A stretch of 64,000 bases of DNA from an uncultured Pseudobdellovibrionaceae bacterium (GCA_963803705.1 CAWDNU010000003.1:320001-384000); one strand, 5' to 3'; numbered from the stretch's first letter, positions 22,101 through 31,329 are shown. The notes: a model not told the origin generated them from the letters alone. A program made the numbers and translations.

Positions 22101-22204
22101 AGCTGCTCGACATTGAAAAGCTAAGAAACCAAGATCAAATGGTAATCTACTTAAATCAAAGACTATCTAAATTAAAAAATCTTAAACAGGAGACAGTGAA
22201 ATGA
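19190..22204 (+). CDS. Large periplasmic TPR protein (GltD/AgmU-like)
   Basis: Signal peptide (VSYA); TPR-like repeats (AQFSLAEIYFKRRQFQDAAKYY, AAYRKAWSHFNLGDY); C-terminal PIPDGLSADEQNQY segment; operon context. Confidence 0.7.
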   Translation: MSMRLVIILLFIFSNVSYAAKFDAQTRTQLINKFSKVYDQLSDEEPAKVNVTLRLADLLAEQGRYLANEELGRGCEVCDAGVDERQRALKFYEEAAGQLKSNKKASVLIQMGHLKEMLGQESQATSNYLAAIQVAINPAYLNEAQFSLAEIYFKRRQFQDAAKYYEMVVAHPDKKGKRGFAAYRKAWSHFNLGDYDKATDQLVTMLESPDLLNRGSSNGLISVDTNFQDEISRDYVVFTTKKGYSLKDFETLFKLSRKESRLEHIFNLADELERLGQNESAINVWSRLIKKLSDPVKKWEAHVRYANLLRENKNFDESLKLYERSLGLSERQKSCQTDQCEEIRSRERSYVLDWNKELKSTPSKDLALAYEIYNKVNQSLDTQYWGAEAWLAVDDKSKAFKSFEKAIDKYPQSLANTKKPENIKAYNEMYENSLLKRIEIAEQLKLKSLPSVYNQYAKLSKNKAQLNQVNYQLARLNYEDKKYLEAYNDFLNYAKTTNSTDKASIKLKEQAADLALDSLVLAKRDDLLIEAANELSRLIPNKAKEYDQIIRKAVINQSLKLAKGDDNSGGNKKALRLLKEADFSNASLEERELIAKNKMILAEQVGQIAEANGYVDQYLLLPDLSEEDKQFAYKKKAWLSELMFDFKAALAATEKIKGIKEPTRTLQLALLTDLSGGDPKVLFDQYIMKNPKEPESLDMAVELMKSSKSPWSAFERYQKTLSSSDDKWKEALLLSFEKTPDKAELSKYLTWDTLDPKKRIEILQTQLFKPVLDKEKLVLSSMTVDTSTQQKMTKALKDRVAEIKRYEGFVTKVIKSELWFGQIYALDFLSKESKRFYDEVMSLPIPDGLSADEQNQYMNLLSQNASPFLTKHNQINTKLEEIWNQKKSVNQVFETLSSQPKWVQILWTSEYNKLSDIAPEDFKKYVLGKIDQLGEKAVVKNERSKDVPLNKVMKLKTKVMQSPFDRKLLTELLDIEKLRNQDQMVIYLNQRLSKLKNLKQETVK

Positions 22205-22428
22205 GGTTAATTCTAATTTTAACTCTTATTAGTTTACCAGTATTCGCTTTCGCAGCTAAGAAACCCAAATCGACCAACTTTAATTTTGATGAGCTGTTGA
22301 TCCAAGGTGAGTACCATTTCTCCGATGAGATTACGACTACAGTTGAGCAAGACAAGGTCTTAGATGCATTGTTAGGTGTTAGAAAAGACTTCAAAGATAG
22401 AATGAAACGATCAGCGAGCAGGTACTAA
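22201..22428 (+). CDS. Small secreted protein (GltF/CglF-like)
   Basis: Signal peptide followed by NFNFDELLIQG...LLGVRKDFKD; immediately upstream of the TonB-C gene. Confidence 0.6.
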   Translation: MRLILILTLISLPVFAFAAKKPKSTNFNFDELLIQGEYHFSDEITTTVEQDKVLDALLGVRKDFKDRMKRSASRY

Positions 22429-22430
22429 AA

Positions 22431-23567
22431 ATGATAGAAAAAGTCTGTTTAAAGAATATATCAGGCCAAGTTGTAAGGATCTTACCCTTACCTGATGTTG
22501 ACAAGATGGTTGTCACAAGAAATCCGAGTGACCAGCGTTTAACTTTTAGACCCGCTTACGAGAAAGACCTTTTAGTCTCTCAAGGCTGGATTATTCTTCG
22601 GGAGATTAGCTGTGATCAAGTGCTAAATGGTGATATTAGATTAACTCCTGAATTATCTTTAACCAAATTTTCTGAAGATGTCATAGCAGATCCCCACTTA
22701 ACTGAAGAAGATAGTTCTTTATTTCGTAAATCGGCTTTGCTTAGCATTTTGTTCGGTCTTTTACTTATCTCTATAATGCTTAATATGCCAAAGCCTGACC
22801 AAGTTGAAGTCAAAGAAGAGCTTAAGCAGCAGGTGGTCAAAATTATAAAACAGCAAAAGAAAGAAGTTATTAAGCTAAATAAAATTGCTCGCAGCAGGCC
22901 AACACCTACGCCAACCACTAACAAGCCCCAACCTAAAACTCAGAACCAGATTAAAAGAATGGGAGCCTTGGCGGCATTGGGCAGTTTATCTAATAGTAAT
23001 CAGAAGGGCGGCCTTGATCTTGGTGCCGTTCAGAAATCTGCAGGCCCTGGCATGGGTGGAACTCAAGGCAGCGGGGGGGTTCAAACTTCACTGTATGGCA
23101 AGGGTATAGTTTCTGCTCCACTAGGAGCAGGCGGAAACTTAAACGGTGCCGGTGGGTACGGAACTAAAGGTAAAGGCGGTGGCAAAGCCGGTTTCGGTAA
23201 GCTTAGTTTAGTTGGGTCCGCAGGAACGTCTGTGATTCCAGTTGGAACTGAGGTTATATCAGGTGGCGGTTTATCCAACGAAGATATTTGGGCTGTAATA
23301 AGAAGAAATCAGGGTCAAATACGTTTTTGCTATGAGCAGGGTCTTCAATCCGATCCTAAATTAAAAGGTGTTGTAAGAACGAATTTTACAATCAATTCAA
23401 ATGGTCAAGTGGCCAAAATATCTATTGCGGGCACCACTCTTAATTCTAAGATCGTTGAGGATTGCATCTCACTTAGAATTAAGTCTTGGAAATTTCCTCT
23501 GCCTCAGGGTGGAAAAAGCATCAGTGTTCAGGTGCCATTTAATTTAACTAAACAAGGACAGGGATAA
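22431..23567 (+). CDS. TonB-like energy transducer with AgmX/PglI C-terminal domain (GltG-like)
   Basis: Single TM, Pro/Thr then Gly-rich linker, C-terminal IRFCYEQGL..P.L.G.V...F.I...G.V...VEDCI......WKFP.P.GG. Confidence 0.85.
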   Translation: MIEKVCLKNISGQVVRILPLPDVDKMVVTRNPSDQRLTFRPAYEKDLLVSQGWIILREISCDQVLNGDIRLTPELSLTKFSEDVIADPHLTEEDSSLFRKSALLSILFGLLLISIMLNMPKPDQVEVKEELKQQVVKIIKQQKKEVIKLNKIARSRPTPTPTTNKPQPKTQNQIKRMGALAALGSLSNSNQKGGLDLGAVQKSAGPGMGGTQGSGGVQTSLYGKGIVSAPLGAGGNLNGAGGYGTKGKGGGKAGFGKLSLVGSAGTSVIPVGTEVISGGGLSNEDIWAVIRRNQGQIRFCYEQGLQSDPKLKGVVRTNFTINSNGQVAKISIAGTTLNSKIVEDCISLRIKSWKFPLPQGGKSISVQVPFNLTKQGQG

Positions 23568-24988
23568 TGAAACAATTTTTTTTAGTGTTATTTTTTCCAA
23601 TTATTTTCACTTTAGCCGGTTGCGATGATAAAGCAGACCCATTCAGAAATAAGAGTGATGCGGTTAGGGACGCTGAAGTTAAACCTACTGCTGATGATCC
23701 GATTCCTGGAATCAGCCCAAATGCTATGGATATAACATTAGTTAGAGACCTAGATTCATTATATTTCGAAGAGGGCGTTGAGTACGCTTATGAGGTCAAC
23801 GTCAGATTATATCTACCTAATATCGATTTCGAAGCCGAGCTAGTGGGTGCCCCAGAAGGAATGACTTTAGAGCTAAAGAGTGAATTTAACGGCGAAGTCG
23901 TAACGTCCCCAGTAGATACTGACGCAGATATCACTGATGCTGCTGATGAGGTCACAGGTGATGTTGCAAATGAGAACGATGCTGAACCTGCATCTGTCGC
24001 GAATCAAAAAATTTACATTATAAGATGGAAGCCTGGATTTGATACCATTCCCGACGTTACTATTCCATCCATAACTAGGTTTTTAACTTTTAAAGTTAAC
24101 GTTGGTGCTGACAAAGTTAGAACTAAGTCATTTAGGTATAACGTTAACCAAGCTACCACAAAGCTTAAAATCGCAGGGTTTGAAATTGATCCCGATTTGA
24201 GAGAGGGCGAGAAGCGAGGATTAGCGAAGATTTATGTAAGTTACCCTGGATTGTTAAGTACATCTAAGTTTCCCCAAATTTTTATTGATACCACTAGTAA
24301 TTCTCCAGTGGCTGCATGCACAAATCTACCGCCTTTGTTTGAACTGAACTCAGCTAAATATATTGATGATCCAAAAGATCCAAATTTTGAAAACATAGAA
24401 TACAATTACACCGTGAACCTGACTAAGTTCGATATCACTACTAATTCAGTATCTTGTAATCTGAACTTGTTTGTAGTGAATCTAGGTAACGTTTCGGATC
24501 CATACCCGGTTAATGTTGTGGTCTTGAACACCATTACTGATCCAGAAACCACTTGGGGTGAAAATATCAACCTAACTTTTGAGCAAGAAAAGGAAACAGC
24601 ATTTTACTTTCAAGTTTATGGTGTTAAAAATGAGGGATCTATTAAAGTTGACTTTCCAACTCCTTGTTCGCAGATTTTTAAAAGACAGGGTGATTGTAAG
24701 TGCAGGACTTTCAAAGGCTATAATTATAGGCACAAAGTTGAATGCTTAGTTGAAGTGAATCACAAAAAAACATTTTCAAAGCAATCTTACCCAATTGTCT
24801 TCACTGCACAGATGGTCAATGGTCCTTCGGCGTCATCCAAGCGCATTACTTTTAGACGAACGATTACGTTTAGCCCTAAAGGAATTGGTTTTTTCGATGT
24901 CGACGGCGCTACAGATATCAACGATGCCGAAACCGATGCGAAAGGTAATGAACTAACCCAAGACCAAATGAAAAGTAGAGCCCAATAG
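23567..24988 (+). CDS. Hypothetical beta-rich lipoprotein in the gliding operon
   Basis: Lipobox LAGC; beta-strand-rich with Cys pairs and an acidic insert. Confidence 0.6.
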   Translation: MKQFFLVLFFPIIFTLAGCDDKADPFRNKSDAVRDAEVKPTADDPIPGISPNAMDITLVRDLDSLYFEEGVEYAYEVNVRLYLPNIDFEAELVGAPEGMTLELKSEFNGEVVTSPVDTDADITDAADEVTGDVANENDAEPASVANQKIYIIRWKPGFDTIPDVTIPSITRFLTFKVNVGADKVRTKSFRYNVNQATTKLKIAGFEIDPDLREGEKRGLAKIYVSYPGLLSTSKFPQIFIDTTSNSPVAACTNLPPLFELNSAKYIDDPKDPNFENIEYNYTVNLTKFDITTNSVSCNLNLFVVNLGNVSDPYPVNVVVLNTITDPETTWGENINLTFEQEKETAFYFQVYGVKNEGSIKVDFPTPCSQIFKRQGDCKCRTFKGYNYRHKVECLVEVNHKKTFSKQSYPIVFTAQMVNGPSASSKRITFRRTITFSPKGIGFFDVDGATDINDAETDAKGNELTQDQMKSRAQ

Positions 24989-25013
24989 GCGTAGTCTATA
25001 ATAAGGAGAATTT

Positions 25014-25691
25014 ATGAAATTAATGTCAATATTTACAATGGTTATTCTAGCTTTCGCACAGCCCTCTTGGAGCTCGGATCTTTTAGAGGACTTTGACTCC
25101 TTAGGCGGAAACTCTGACCTATATGAAAAGGCAACTGCGTTAAGCCCTGAGCTGAAAACTCAAGTGATTCAGAATCGAATTGTAAGCCGCAGACTTAGGT
25201 TGGAAGTTTCACCTACTTACTCTACCTACTGGGGTGGAAATCCTTACATATCAAGTCAATCTGCAGGTATGGAATTTTCATTTCACCTTAATCCAAGATG
25301 GTCCTTGGATGCCTCGTATCACTTTGCGTTCACAAATAATACCACTTCTGAGGGCGAGTTTTTGATCAATAATGATATTGTACCGGACATTGATTTTCCA
25401 ACTTCATCAATGATGGGATTTGTAACCTACTATCCTCTATACGGAAAACTTAATATGTTCGAAAATATCGTACACTTCGACATCTACACTTCACTGGGTG
25501 TAGGCTCTACTGAACTTAGATTTGGTAACCAAGCAACTTTGGGCGCCAATTTAGGTATGGGCATATGGTGGAGTCAACATCTGACCACACGAATTGGTTA
25601 TCGTTACTTAACTTATGAAGCACAGCTTAAGAACGGTCCACAACAGTTAGATATGTCTTCTGGATTCTTATCAGTGGGGTACTTACTATGA
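25014..25691 (+). CDS. Outer-membrane beta-barrel protein (GltA/GltB-like)
   Basis: Signal peptide; VIQNR, YPLYGKLN, VHFDIY; alternating beta strands; C-terminal VGYLL. Confidence 0.75.
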   Translation: MKLMSIFTMVILAFAQPSWSSDLLEDFDSLGGNSDLYEKATALSPELKTQVIQNRIVSRRLRLEVSPTYSTYWGGNPYISSQSAGMEFSFHLNPRWSLDASYHFAFTNNTTSEGEFLINNDIVPDIDFPTSSMMGFVTYYPLYGKLNMFENIVHFDIYTSLGVGSTELRFGNQATLGANLGMGIWWSQHLTTRIGYRYLTYEAQLKNGPQQLDMSSGFLSVGYLL

Positions 25692-27280
25692 GTTATAATT
25701 TACTTTTCGTTGTGGCATTAATTTTTTCTTCCAGTGCTCAAGCAAACGACATTATGGATCTGCTTGGAGGTAAGGAAGCCAAAGTTGAAGAGATTGGTAA
25801 AGATAAAAGTCTAACCAAAGAGTTACGACGACAAATTGGATCAATGAATGCTGAACAGAATATCTTATTTAACTTTCTTGATAAGGGCGAATACGAAAAA
25901 GCCTTTTATCAGTGGGGCTCAGCATTTGATGGCACTAAATTTGCCTATTCGCCCACAGGACGAGCTCTTAAAGCATATTTGTTTTATAAAGTAGGTTTAG
26001 AGATAAACGCTTTAGAAATGTTAACTAGTATTCAAAACCCAGGTACTATCAAAAAACAGATGCTAAGTTTTTGGAAAGAAACAGCACCTGCAAACTCACC
26101 AACTTGGGCATTATCTGATATAAAATGGGATCCGATTTGGACAGATGTTTTTGGACGACGCGCTGAGGTTCAAGTCAAAAGCAAAAGGCTAGTGGACGCA
26201 AGCGACTACAAGGCTATCGAATCTCTACTTCGTAAATCTAGTGAGGATACAGAAGAAAGAGCCTGGTTGGAATGGCAATTGGCTTTGCACTTTGCACTCA
26301 ACGGGGATGCGGCAAAAGGGTCTAAAGTACTAAGCTTATTGATGAAAGAAAAAGAAAATTTCATTGACCCAAACCTGATGAATATAACTGCAGCACGAAT
26401 GCTTTATGAAAATGGATACTTGGACGCGGCAGTGAAATACTATAAAACCGTGCCTAAAAAATCAGACTACTGGTTTACAGCCCAAGAAGAATTGGCATGG
26501 TCATATATTCGTAGAGGTGAGCCCCAAAATACATTAGCCGTAACAAAATCCTTAGTTCAGCCTGGATTTAAAGCCTTGATCGGCCCTGAGGCAGTCTTTT
26601 TAAGGGCTTTGTCGCAGTTGAAAGTTTGTGACTATAAGGGAGCTGCAAAGTCTTTAGTTGATTTTAAAAAGTATTTTAGGCCTAAGGCCCAAAACCTTGA
26701 GTCTTTGATGGCAGATAATCAGAAACCTATTGAATACTTCTTTAATCTTTTAGAAGAGAAAGGAAGGATGCCTCTTGCGAAGCTTAAGTCCAAAGCTTAC
26801 GAGCTTCCCAGGTACGTGACCAGAGACGAGGTGCTCTACATCCTATCTCAAAGAGCTTTTGGCTTGAAGAAAGAAGCAAAAAAAGCTGACGAGCTGTATT
26901 CAAGGTCATTAGCCGGAGGAACTGCTAAAGTTGGTTTTCAAGCTGATATTAATGATATTAAGGTCGGCACACAAAATAAATTTCAGACTGCAAAAAATGC
27001 TTTTTACAACCGCGTTAAGTCGCTTGCAACTGAAGAGATAACAGAAATTAACCAGATCTTACAGAAAATGCACATCGTCGAGGCTGAAATTTTGCAACAG
27101 ATAACTGTTTCTTCTGACATAGCTTCAACTGACAGAAGTATGTTTGATAAGAAAAAAGGTTCCACAGGCTCTGAAGCTAAAGACGTCCTAAGGTTTCCTG
27201 CTACAGACGAAATTTGGTTTGATGAAATATCTAATTTTAAAATTGATGTCAAAAAAGGGTGTCAAATCTCTAAACAGTAG
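25688..27280 (+). CDS. Periplasmic TPR protein (GltC-like)
   Basis: Signal peptide; ARMLYENG..D.A..YY..VPKKSDYW..A.EE.AW; C-terminal FP..DEIWFDEI....IDV..GC. Confidence 0.7.
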   Translation: MSYNLLFVVALIFSSSAQANDIMDLLGGKEAKVEEIGKDKSLTKELRRQIGSMNAEQNILFNFLDKGEYEKAFYQWGSAFDGTKFAYSPTGRALKAYLFYKVGLEINALEMLTSIQNPGTIKKQMLSFWKETAPANSPTWALSDIKWDPIWTDVFGRRAEVQVKSKRLVDASDYKAIESLLRKSSEDTEERAWLEWQLALHFALNGDAAKGSKVLSLLMKEKENFIDPNLMNITAARMLYENGYLDAAVKYYKTVPKKSDYWFTAQEELAWSYIRRGEPQNTLAVTKSLVQPGFKALIGPEAVFLRALSQLKVCDYKGAAKSLVDFKKYFRPKAQNLESLMADNQKPIEYFFNLLEEKGRMPLAKLKSKAYELPRYVTRDEVLYILSQRAFGLKKEAKKADELYSRSLAGGTAKVGFQADINDIKVGTQNKFQTAKNAFYNRVKSLATEEITEINQILQKMHIVEAEILQQITVSSDIASTDRSMFDKKKGSTGSEAKDVLRFPATDEIWFDEISNFKIDVKKGCQISKQ

Positions 27281-27292
27281 GAGTAAATAAAA

Positions 27293-28384
27293 GTGCTGAA
27301 CAGACTTTCATTTATATTTTTTGGATTGATGATCATTGCAGGTTGCTATGATGGCGACAAAACCTTGATTCCAAGGCAGCCTTATGTACCTTTAGAAGTT
27401 GAGGAAGGTTACAACCTGGTTTTTGAACCTAAAGTTGATATTTTGTTTCTGATTGATAATTCTGGAAGTATGTCTCAACATCAGAAGAGAGTCGCCGACA
27501 ATATTGACCTTTTTGCAACTGCAATGGGTAAAAATAAGTTTTTAGATTATCAGATAGGTGTCATCTCAACCGATCACGATCCTTCAAAATCAAATTCTCA
27601 TTCGGGTAAGCTTCAAGGTCGACCAAACTTTGTAACACGAGATATGGTCACTGGCCTTGATGATTTAAAGAGCAACATCACGGGACTGCGAACCTCTGGA
27701 TCTGCTAGAGAAATGTTTTTTGACCCTTTGATGTATGCTATTTCAACTAGTCAGAACTTAAATCCCGATTTCATGCGCCCTGAAGCTTTTTTTGCACTTA
27801 TCATCGTTTCTGATAGCTATGATCAAAGCCGGGAAACTTCTGGATTTAAGGTTTTAGACACCCTGGTAAGACAAAAAGCATATGATACCGATCGGGTTCT
27901 TGGTTATGCGGTTCTTGCATACCCAGAGTACTTTGGTCAGCCTTGCAACAGAGAGGAAAAGCCTCCCGAGAACTTATTTGACTTTATGCTGGGATTTTCA
28001 AATTCATCAAATACTCAGATCGGAGGAGGAGTGTCCGCTCCGATCTCTAATCCCACTGTGCCTCAACGCTATCAAACTTTGACAAATGTTTTTAGTTTAT
28101 GTGACCCCCAGTTTGGTCAGAAGGTAGCTGACATAGGCGAGGACATAAGAATAAGGGTTTCAGAGAAGATACCTCTCCCAGTGAGACCAGTTGATGGAAC
28201 GATCAAGTTAAAATACGGGAAACAAGTGGTAGATAAGAAGTGGTGGAAATATGATTTTTCTTCCAATAGCATCATCTTGAACCCGTTGGTCGAATTAGAT
28301 GAAACTCAAGTAGATGCGCAGCTGTTTGTAGTTATGGATCAAGCCGACACAGAGTCAGCTATTGGCGATCCTAACCCAAGGTAG
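27293..28384 (+). CDS. VWA-domain lipoprotein (CglB-like adhesin candidate)
   Basis: Lipobox IAGC; KVDILFLIDNSGSM (MIDAS DxSxS); IGVISTD; IIVSD. Confidence 0.8.
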   Translation: MLNRLSFIFFGLMIIAGCYDGDKTLIPRQPYVPLEVEEGYNLVFEPKVDILFLIDNSGSMSQHQKRVADNIDLFATAMGKNKFLDYQIGVISTDHDPSKSNSHSGKLQGRPNFVTRDMVTGLDDLKSNITGLRTSGSAREMFFDPLMYAISTSQNLNPDFMRPEAFFALIIVSDSYDQSRETSGFKVLDTLVRQKAYDTDRVLGYAVLAYPEYFGQPCNREEKPPENLFDFMLGFSNSSNTQIGGGVSAPISNPTVPQRYQTLTNVFSLCDPQFGQKVADIGEDIRIRVSEKIPLPVRPVDGTIKLKYGKQVVDKKWWKYDFSSNSIILNPLVELDETQVDAQLFVVMDQADTESAIGDPNPR

Positions 28385-28415
28385 AGAGCTTGGTGCCTAC
28401 GACCGAGCTCTATTT
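28385..28415 (+). terminator. Hairpin terminator after the gliding operon
   Basis: AGAGCTTGGT-gcctacg-ACCGAGCTCT followed by ATTT. Confidence 0.55.
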
Positions 28416-28598
28416 GCTGTATTAATTTCTGAAGTAGCTGTTCATCAACTGTTCTACTTTGCCTCTCGGCCACTCTGAGATTAAGTTAGAGTGGTGTCAA
28501 AATGCCTTCAAATTAGATGAGTCTATAAAAAAAATCACATGATCCGCTATACCTTAAGTAAGCTCGTCACTTCAGTGCCACTTTGGCACTGAAAAGTT

Positions 28599-28614
28599 TG
28601 GCCCCTGTATTGCT
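28599..28614 (+). promoter_or_regulatory. Sigma54 (-24/-12) promoter
   Basis: TGGCCC-CTGTA-TTGCT matches TGGCAC-N5-TTGCW. Confidence 0.65.
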
Positions 28615-28624
28615 AATGTAGAGG

Positions 28625-28731
28625 TAGCTGTTCGGGGGAGCAGAAGATATCAAGGATGATATCAAAACTAATTGGTAAGTCGGGGAGGGCTTTTTTATAA
28701 AATTTTCCAAGGATGGAAAAGTTATTTTTTT
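28625..28731 (+). ncRNA. Candidate CsrA/RsmA-binding small RNA
   Basis: Four short hairpins; two present CAAGGATG with AGGA in the loop. Ends in a T tract, has no ORF, and lies directly behind the sigma54 motif. Confidence 0.55.
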
Positions 28732-29450
28732 ACGCAGTAAACGATCGATAGATCGTCATCGTTGTTTTTGTACAGCTTTTCTAACCAGGTTTTTATTTGA
28801 TCGATCCCATCTTCTTTTTTGCTGTAAATATCCTGACAATGTTCTCTAATTTTTTCGAAGGAGTCAAAAAACTGTTCCAATCCGTCAGAGTGAAAAAGAA
28901 TTTGGGAACCTTTATTTAGCTTGATATTTTCTGTAATTTCGAAGCGCGGGTTTTGGATTCCAATACAGTTGACTAAAACGTGATCCTCACCGACTTTGGA
29001 ACCAAAGTGGTCCTCTATTATTTTAGACTGATTATGAATCCAGTTTTGAAATGTCAATTCCCCGTTAGGCTCAAAAATGTAGAATGACGAATCTCCAAGG
29101 CCCAAGTAGTAATTAAACTTTTTAGAAAACACAAAAAGATCAAATGTTGATGCTAAATCCTTTTTAAGATAGTCCTTGTTTCTTTTGATAAGTAGCTCTG
29201 TAATTTTACCCAATCTAGGTTTTTTAGAGCTGATAGAGTCAAAATGTGATTCAAAAGCTTCTACTAAAATTTGCGATGATCTCTCTGGAGAAGATGTTGA
29301 AGAAACGCCATCACAATTGATTAAGTAGTTAAAATTAAGAGTTTCCCCGGCAGAACTATTGTCCCCACAAGGTTTGCCTTCTTTAGATTTAAGAAATCTA
29401 AATCCAAATACATTTTCAAATTCAAAAAAATCTAAAAATAAGCTACTCAA
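28722..29450 (-). CDS. PP2C/SpoIIE-like protein phosphatase
   Basis: Metal-binding motifs INCDGVSS, LGLGDSSFY, ILFHSDGL, DDDLSIV. Start codon uncertain. Confidence 0.7.
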   Translation of the reverse strand: MSSLFLDFFEFENVFGFRFLKSKEGKPCGDNSSAGETLNFNYLINCDGVSSTSSPERSSQILVEAFESHFDSISSKKPRLGKITELLIKRNKDYLKKDLASTFDLFVFSKKFNYYLGLGDSSFYIFEPNGELTFQNWIHNQSKIIEDHFGSKVGEDHVLVNCIGIQNPRFEITENIKLNKGSQILFHSDGLEQFFDSFEKIREHCQDIYSKKEDGIDQIKTWLEKLYKNNDDDLSIVYCVKK

Positions 29451-29867
29451 GTTTTGTGATATCCTATGGTTAAGAACTTATCTTATAGTATAGAGTAACC
29501 TCTACACTATTTTAAAATTAATAAACTTAAGTGCTTATCGGAATTTACGAATCTTTAGTAAAGTTACCGTATATGATGATCTGGCCTATAGACTAGCTAA
29601 ATAAGGCCAAAATAGTTTTTGAATCCCATCTATTTAATTAGTAAGACTCGTCTAGGTTTTGATAAATAGAATTTTTAACTAAGTAAATGCTTTGTACTGC
29701 TGTTCCGGATTTAGACGTAATCCCCCATAGACCGAGTAGTTCCAGTTCGTCCATTAGAAGCTAGGCACTTGATAGGTGTTTAAAATTTCCGAATAGCAAA
29801 ACAATCAAGATAACTCCTTACTTAAGCTTGAAGGAGGACTTATTTTTACCACTTAGGAAATAAAAAA

Positions 29868-29944
<77 letters not shown>

Positions 29945-29956
29945 CCAGGAAGGTCA

Positions 29957-29985
29957 AATTTAGGCTTTTCAAACCTCAAAGTCAA
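29957..29985 (-). promoter_or_regulatory. Sigma70 promoter of the tRNA
   Basis: TTGACT-N17-TAAATT on the minus strand just upstream of the tRNA. Confidence 0.6.
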
Positions 29986-30036
29986 TAGTAGTTTAGACCT
30001 TTAAAGTCTTGTAATAATTAAGCTCAAAAGTGGTTC

Positions 30037-30765
30037 ATGACAAAAAAATCAATTAAAAATTTCAATTTTAAAGAAGGTCAGCTCTTAAACAGTAAGTACA
30101 GAATACTTTCTAGATTAGGAAAGGGTTGGGAAGGCGAAGTTTACGCCATTGAAGAGATAAATACAAAAATAGTAAGAGCCGCCAAATTTTTTTACTCAGC
30201 AAGAAACGCTAAAAATAAAACTTTGCTTGGCTATGCAAAAAAATTAAATAATTTAAACGATGTTACGATTATCATTAAATACATTACCCAAGAGGAAATG
30301 GAGTTTAAGAAGCAGTCGATATTATTTCTTGTCTCTGAATATATTGAAGCGACTAGTCTAGAGGATTATATTAATAGCACTAAGAGAAAAGCTGTGCCTA
30401 TTTTTGAGGCTTCCCATATCTTTTACCAGCTAGTCAAAGGTGTAGAGCAAATACATCTAAAGGGCGAATTTCATGGAGATCTTCATACGGGTAATGTTTT
30501 ACTTAGGCAAAAAGGTCTAGCATTTGAGTTAAAGCTTATAGACCTTTTTTTGTGGAAGGGTAACAAGCGCGAGTTTCAAAGAGCAGATATTGTGGAATTG
30601 ATTCGCATCTTTTACGAGATACTAGGTGGTAAAAAAAATTACAGTAAACTTCCCGGGTCGTTTAAAAATATAATTTGTGGAAAAAGAAATGATTTAATTT
30701 TAAAAAAATTCCCGAAAATTTCAAATTTAAGTGTCACGTTAGAAAATCTAAGTTGGACAGACTAA
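30037..30765 (+). CDS. Short Hanks-type Ser/Thr protein kinase
   Basis: Motifs LGKGWEGEVY, AAK, LVSEYI, HGDLHTGNVLL, LIDL. Confidence 0.85.
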   Translation: MTKKSIKNFNFKEGQLLNSKYRILSRLGKGWEGEVYAIEEINTKIVRAAKFFYSARNAKNKTLLGYAKKLNNLNDVTIIIKYITQEEMEFKKQSILFLVSEYIEATSLEDYINSTKRKAVPIFEASHIFYQLVKGVEQIHLKGEFHGDLHTGNVLLRQKGLAFELKLIDLFLWKGNKREFQRADIVELIRIFYEILGGKKNYSKLPGSFKNIICGKRNDLILKKFPKISNLSVTLENLSWTD

Positions 30766-30867
30766 ATTCTAACTCAGCCAGCAGTTTGTAAAACAAAAAT
30801 AATTCTGACTTTATTTCATATTAATATTTGTTTTTGAAAAAATTTGACTATTTAAATCTAAAAATTG

Positions 30868-31329
30868 TTATTGCCAAATTTTAAGCTCCCTTAGAGTAGG
30901 GAGCCTTTTCGAAAGTAAAACCTCTGTGCTTTTAGTTATTTTGCCGTTGTTAAAAGATATTAAGGTCGCTTCTTGATCAAAAATTTTTAATCTATTTATT
31001 AGTCTAAATCCTGGGTCCAAATAAAATTCATCTAGAATATTCTTTGGGATCCCATACTTTTCTAACAAATTTTGGGCTCGGGCTATGGGTTTTTTACCCA
31101 CTACAATTATAAAGTTTTTTGCAGAATTTTTAACTAATTTAGAGATATTATCAAAACAAGATTTGCAGGATGCATTGACGTATAAAATATTTGCTTTACT
31201 GCTTTCGGTTAACAGCACCACTTTATCGGTGTCTTGAATTGACTGCAGCAGAAATGACACTCGAGCTACAGCTTGGTGTGACCATAAAAGATAAGAAAAT
31301 AAGATAACTAGAATGTATTTATTTTTCAT
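30868..31329 (-). CDS. Exported thioredoxin-fold-like protein (CxxC)
   Basis: Signal peptide (AVA); YVNASCKSC; YLDP and a C-terminal beta hairpin reminiscent of TlpA/redoxin proteins. Confidence 0.45.
   Translation of the reverse strand: MKNKYILVILFSYLLWSHQAVARVSFLLQSIQDTDKVVLLTESSKANILYVNASCKSCFDNISKLVKNSAKNFIIVVGKKPIARAQNLLEKYGIPKNILDEFYLDPGFRLINRLKIFDQEATLISFNNGKITKSTEVLLSKRLPTLRELKIWQ

Noticed and set aside
29638..29808. Short minus-strand frame LIVLLFGNFKHLSSA*LLMDELELLGLWG... downstream of the tRNA
   Set aside because: It is interrupted by a stop, has no recognisable motif, and its apparent RBS is part of the likely tRNA terminator hairpin.
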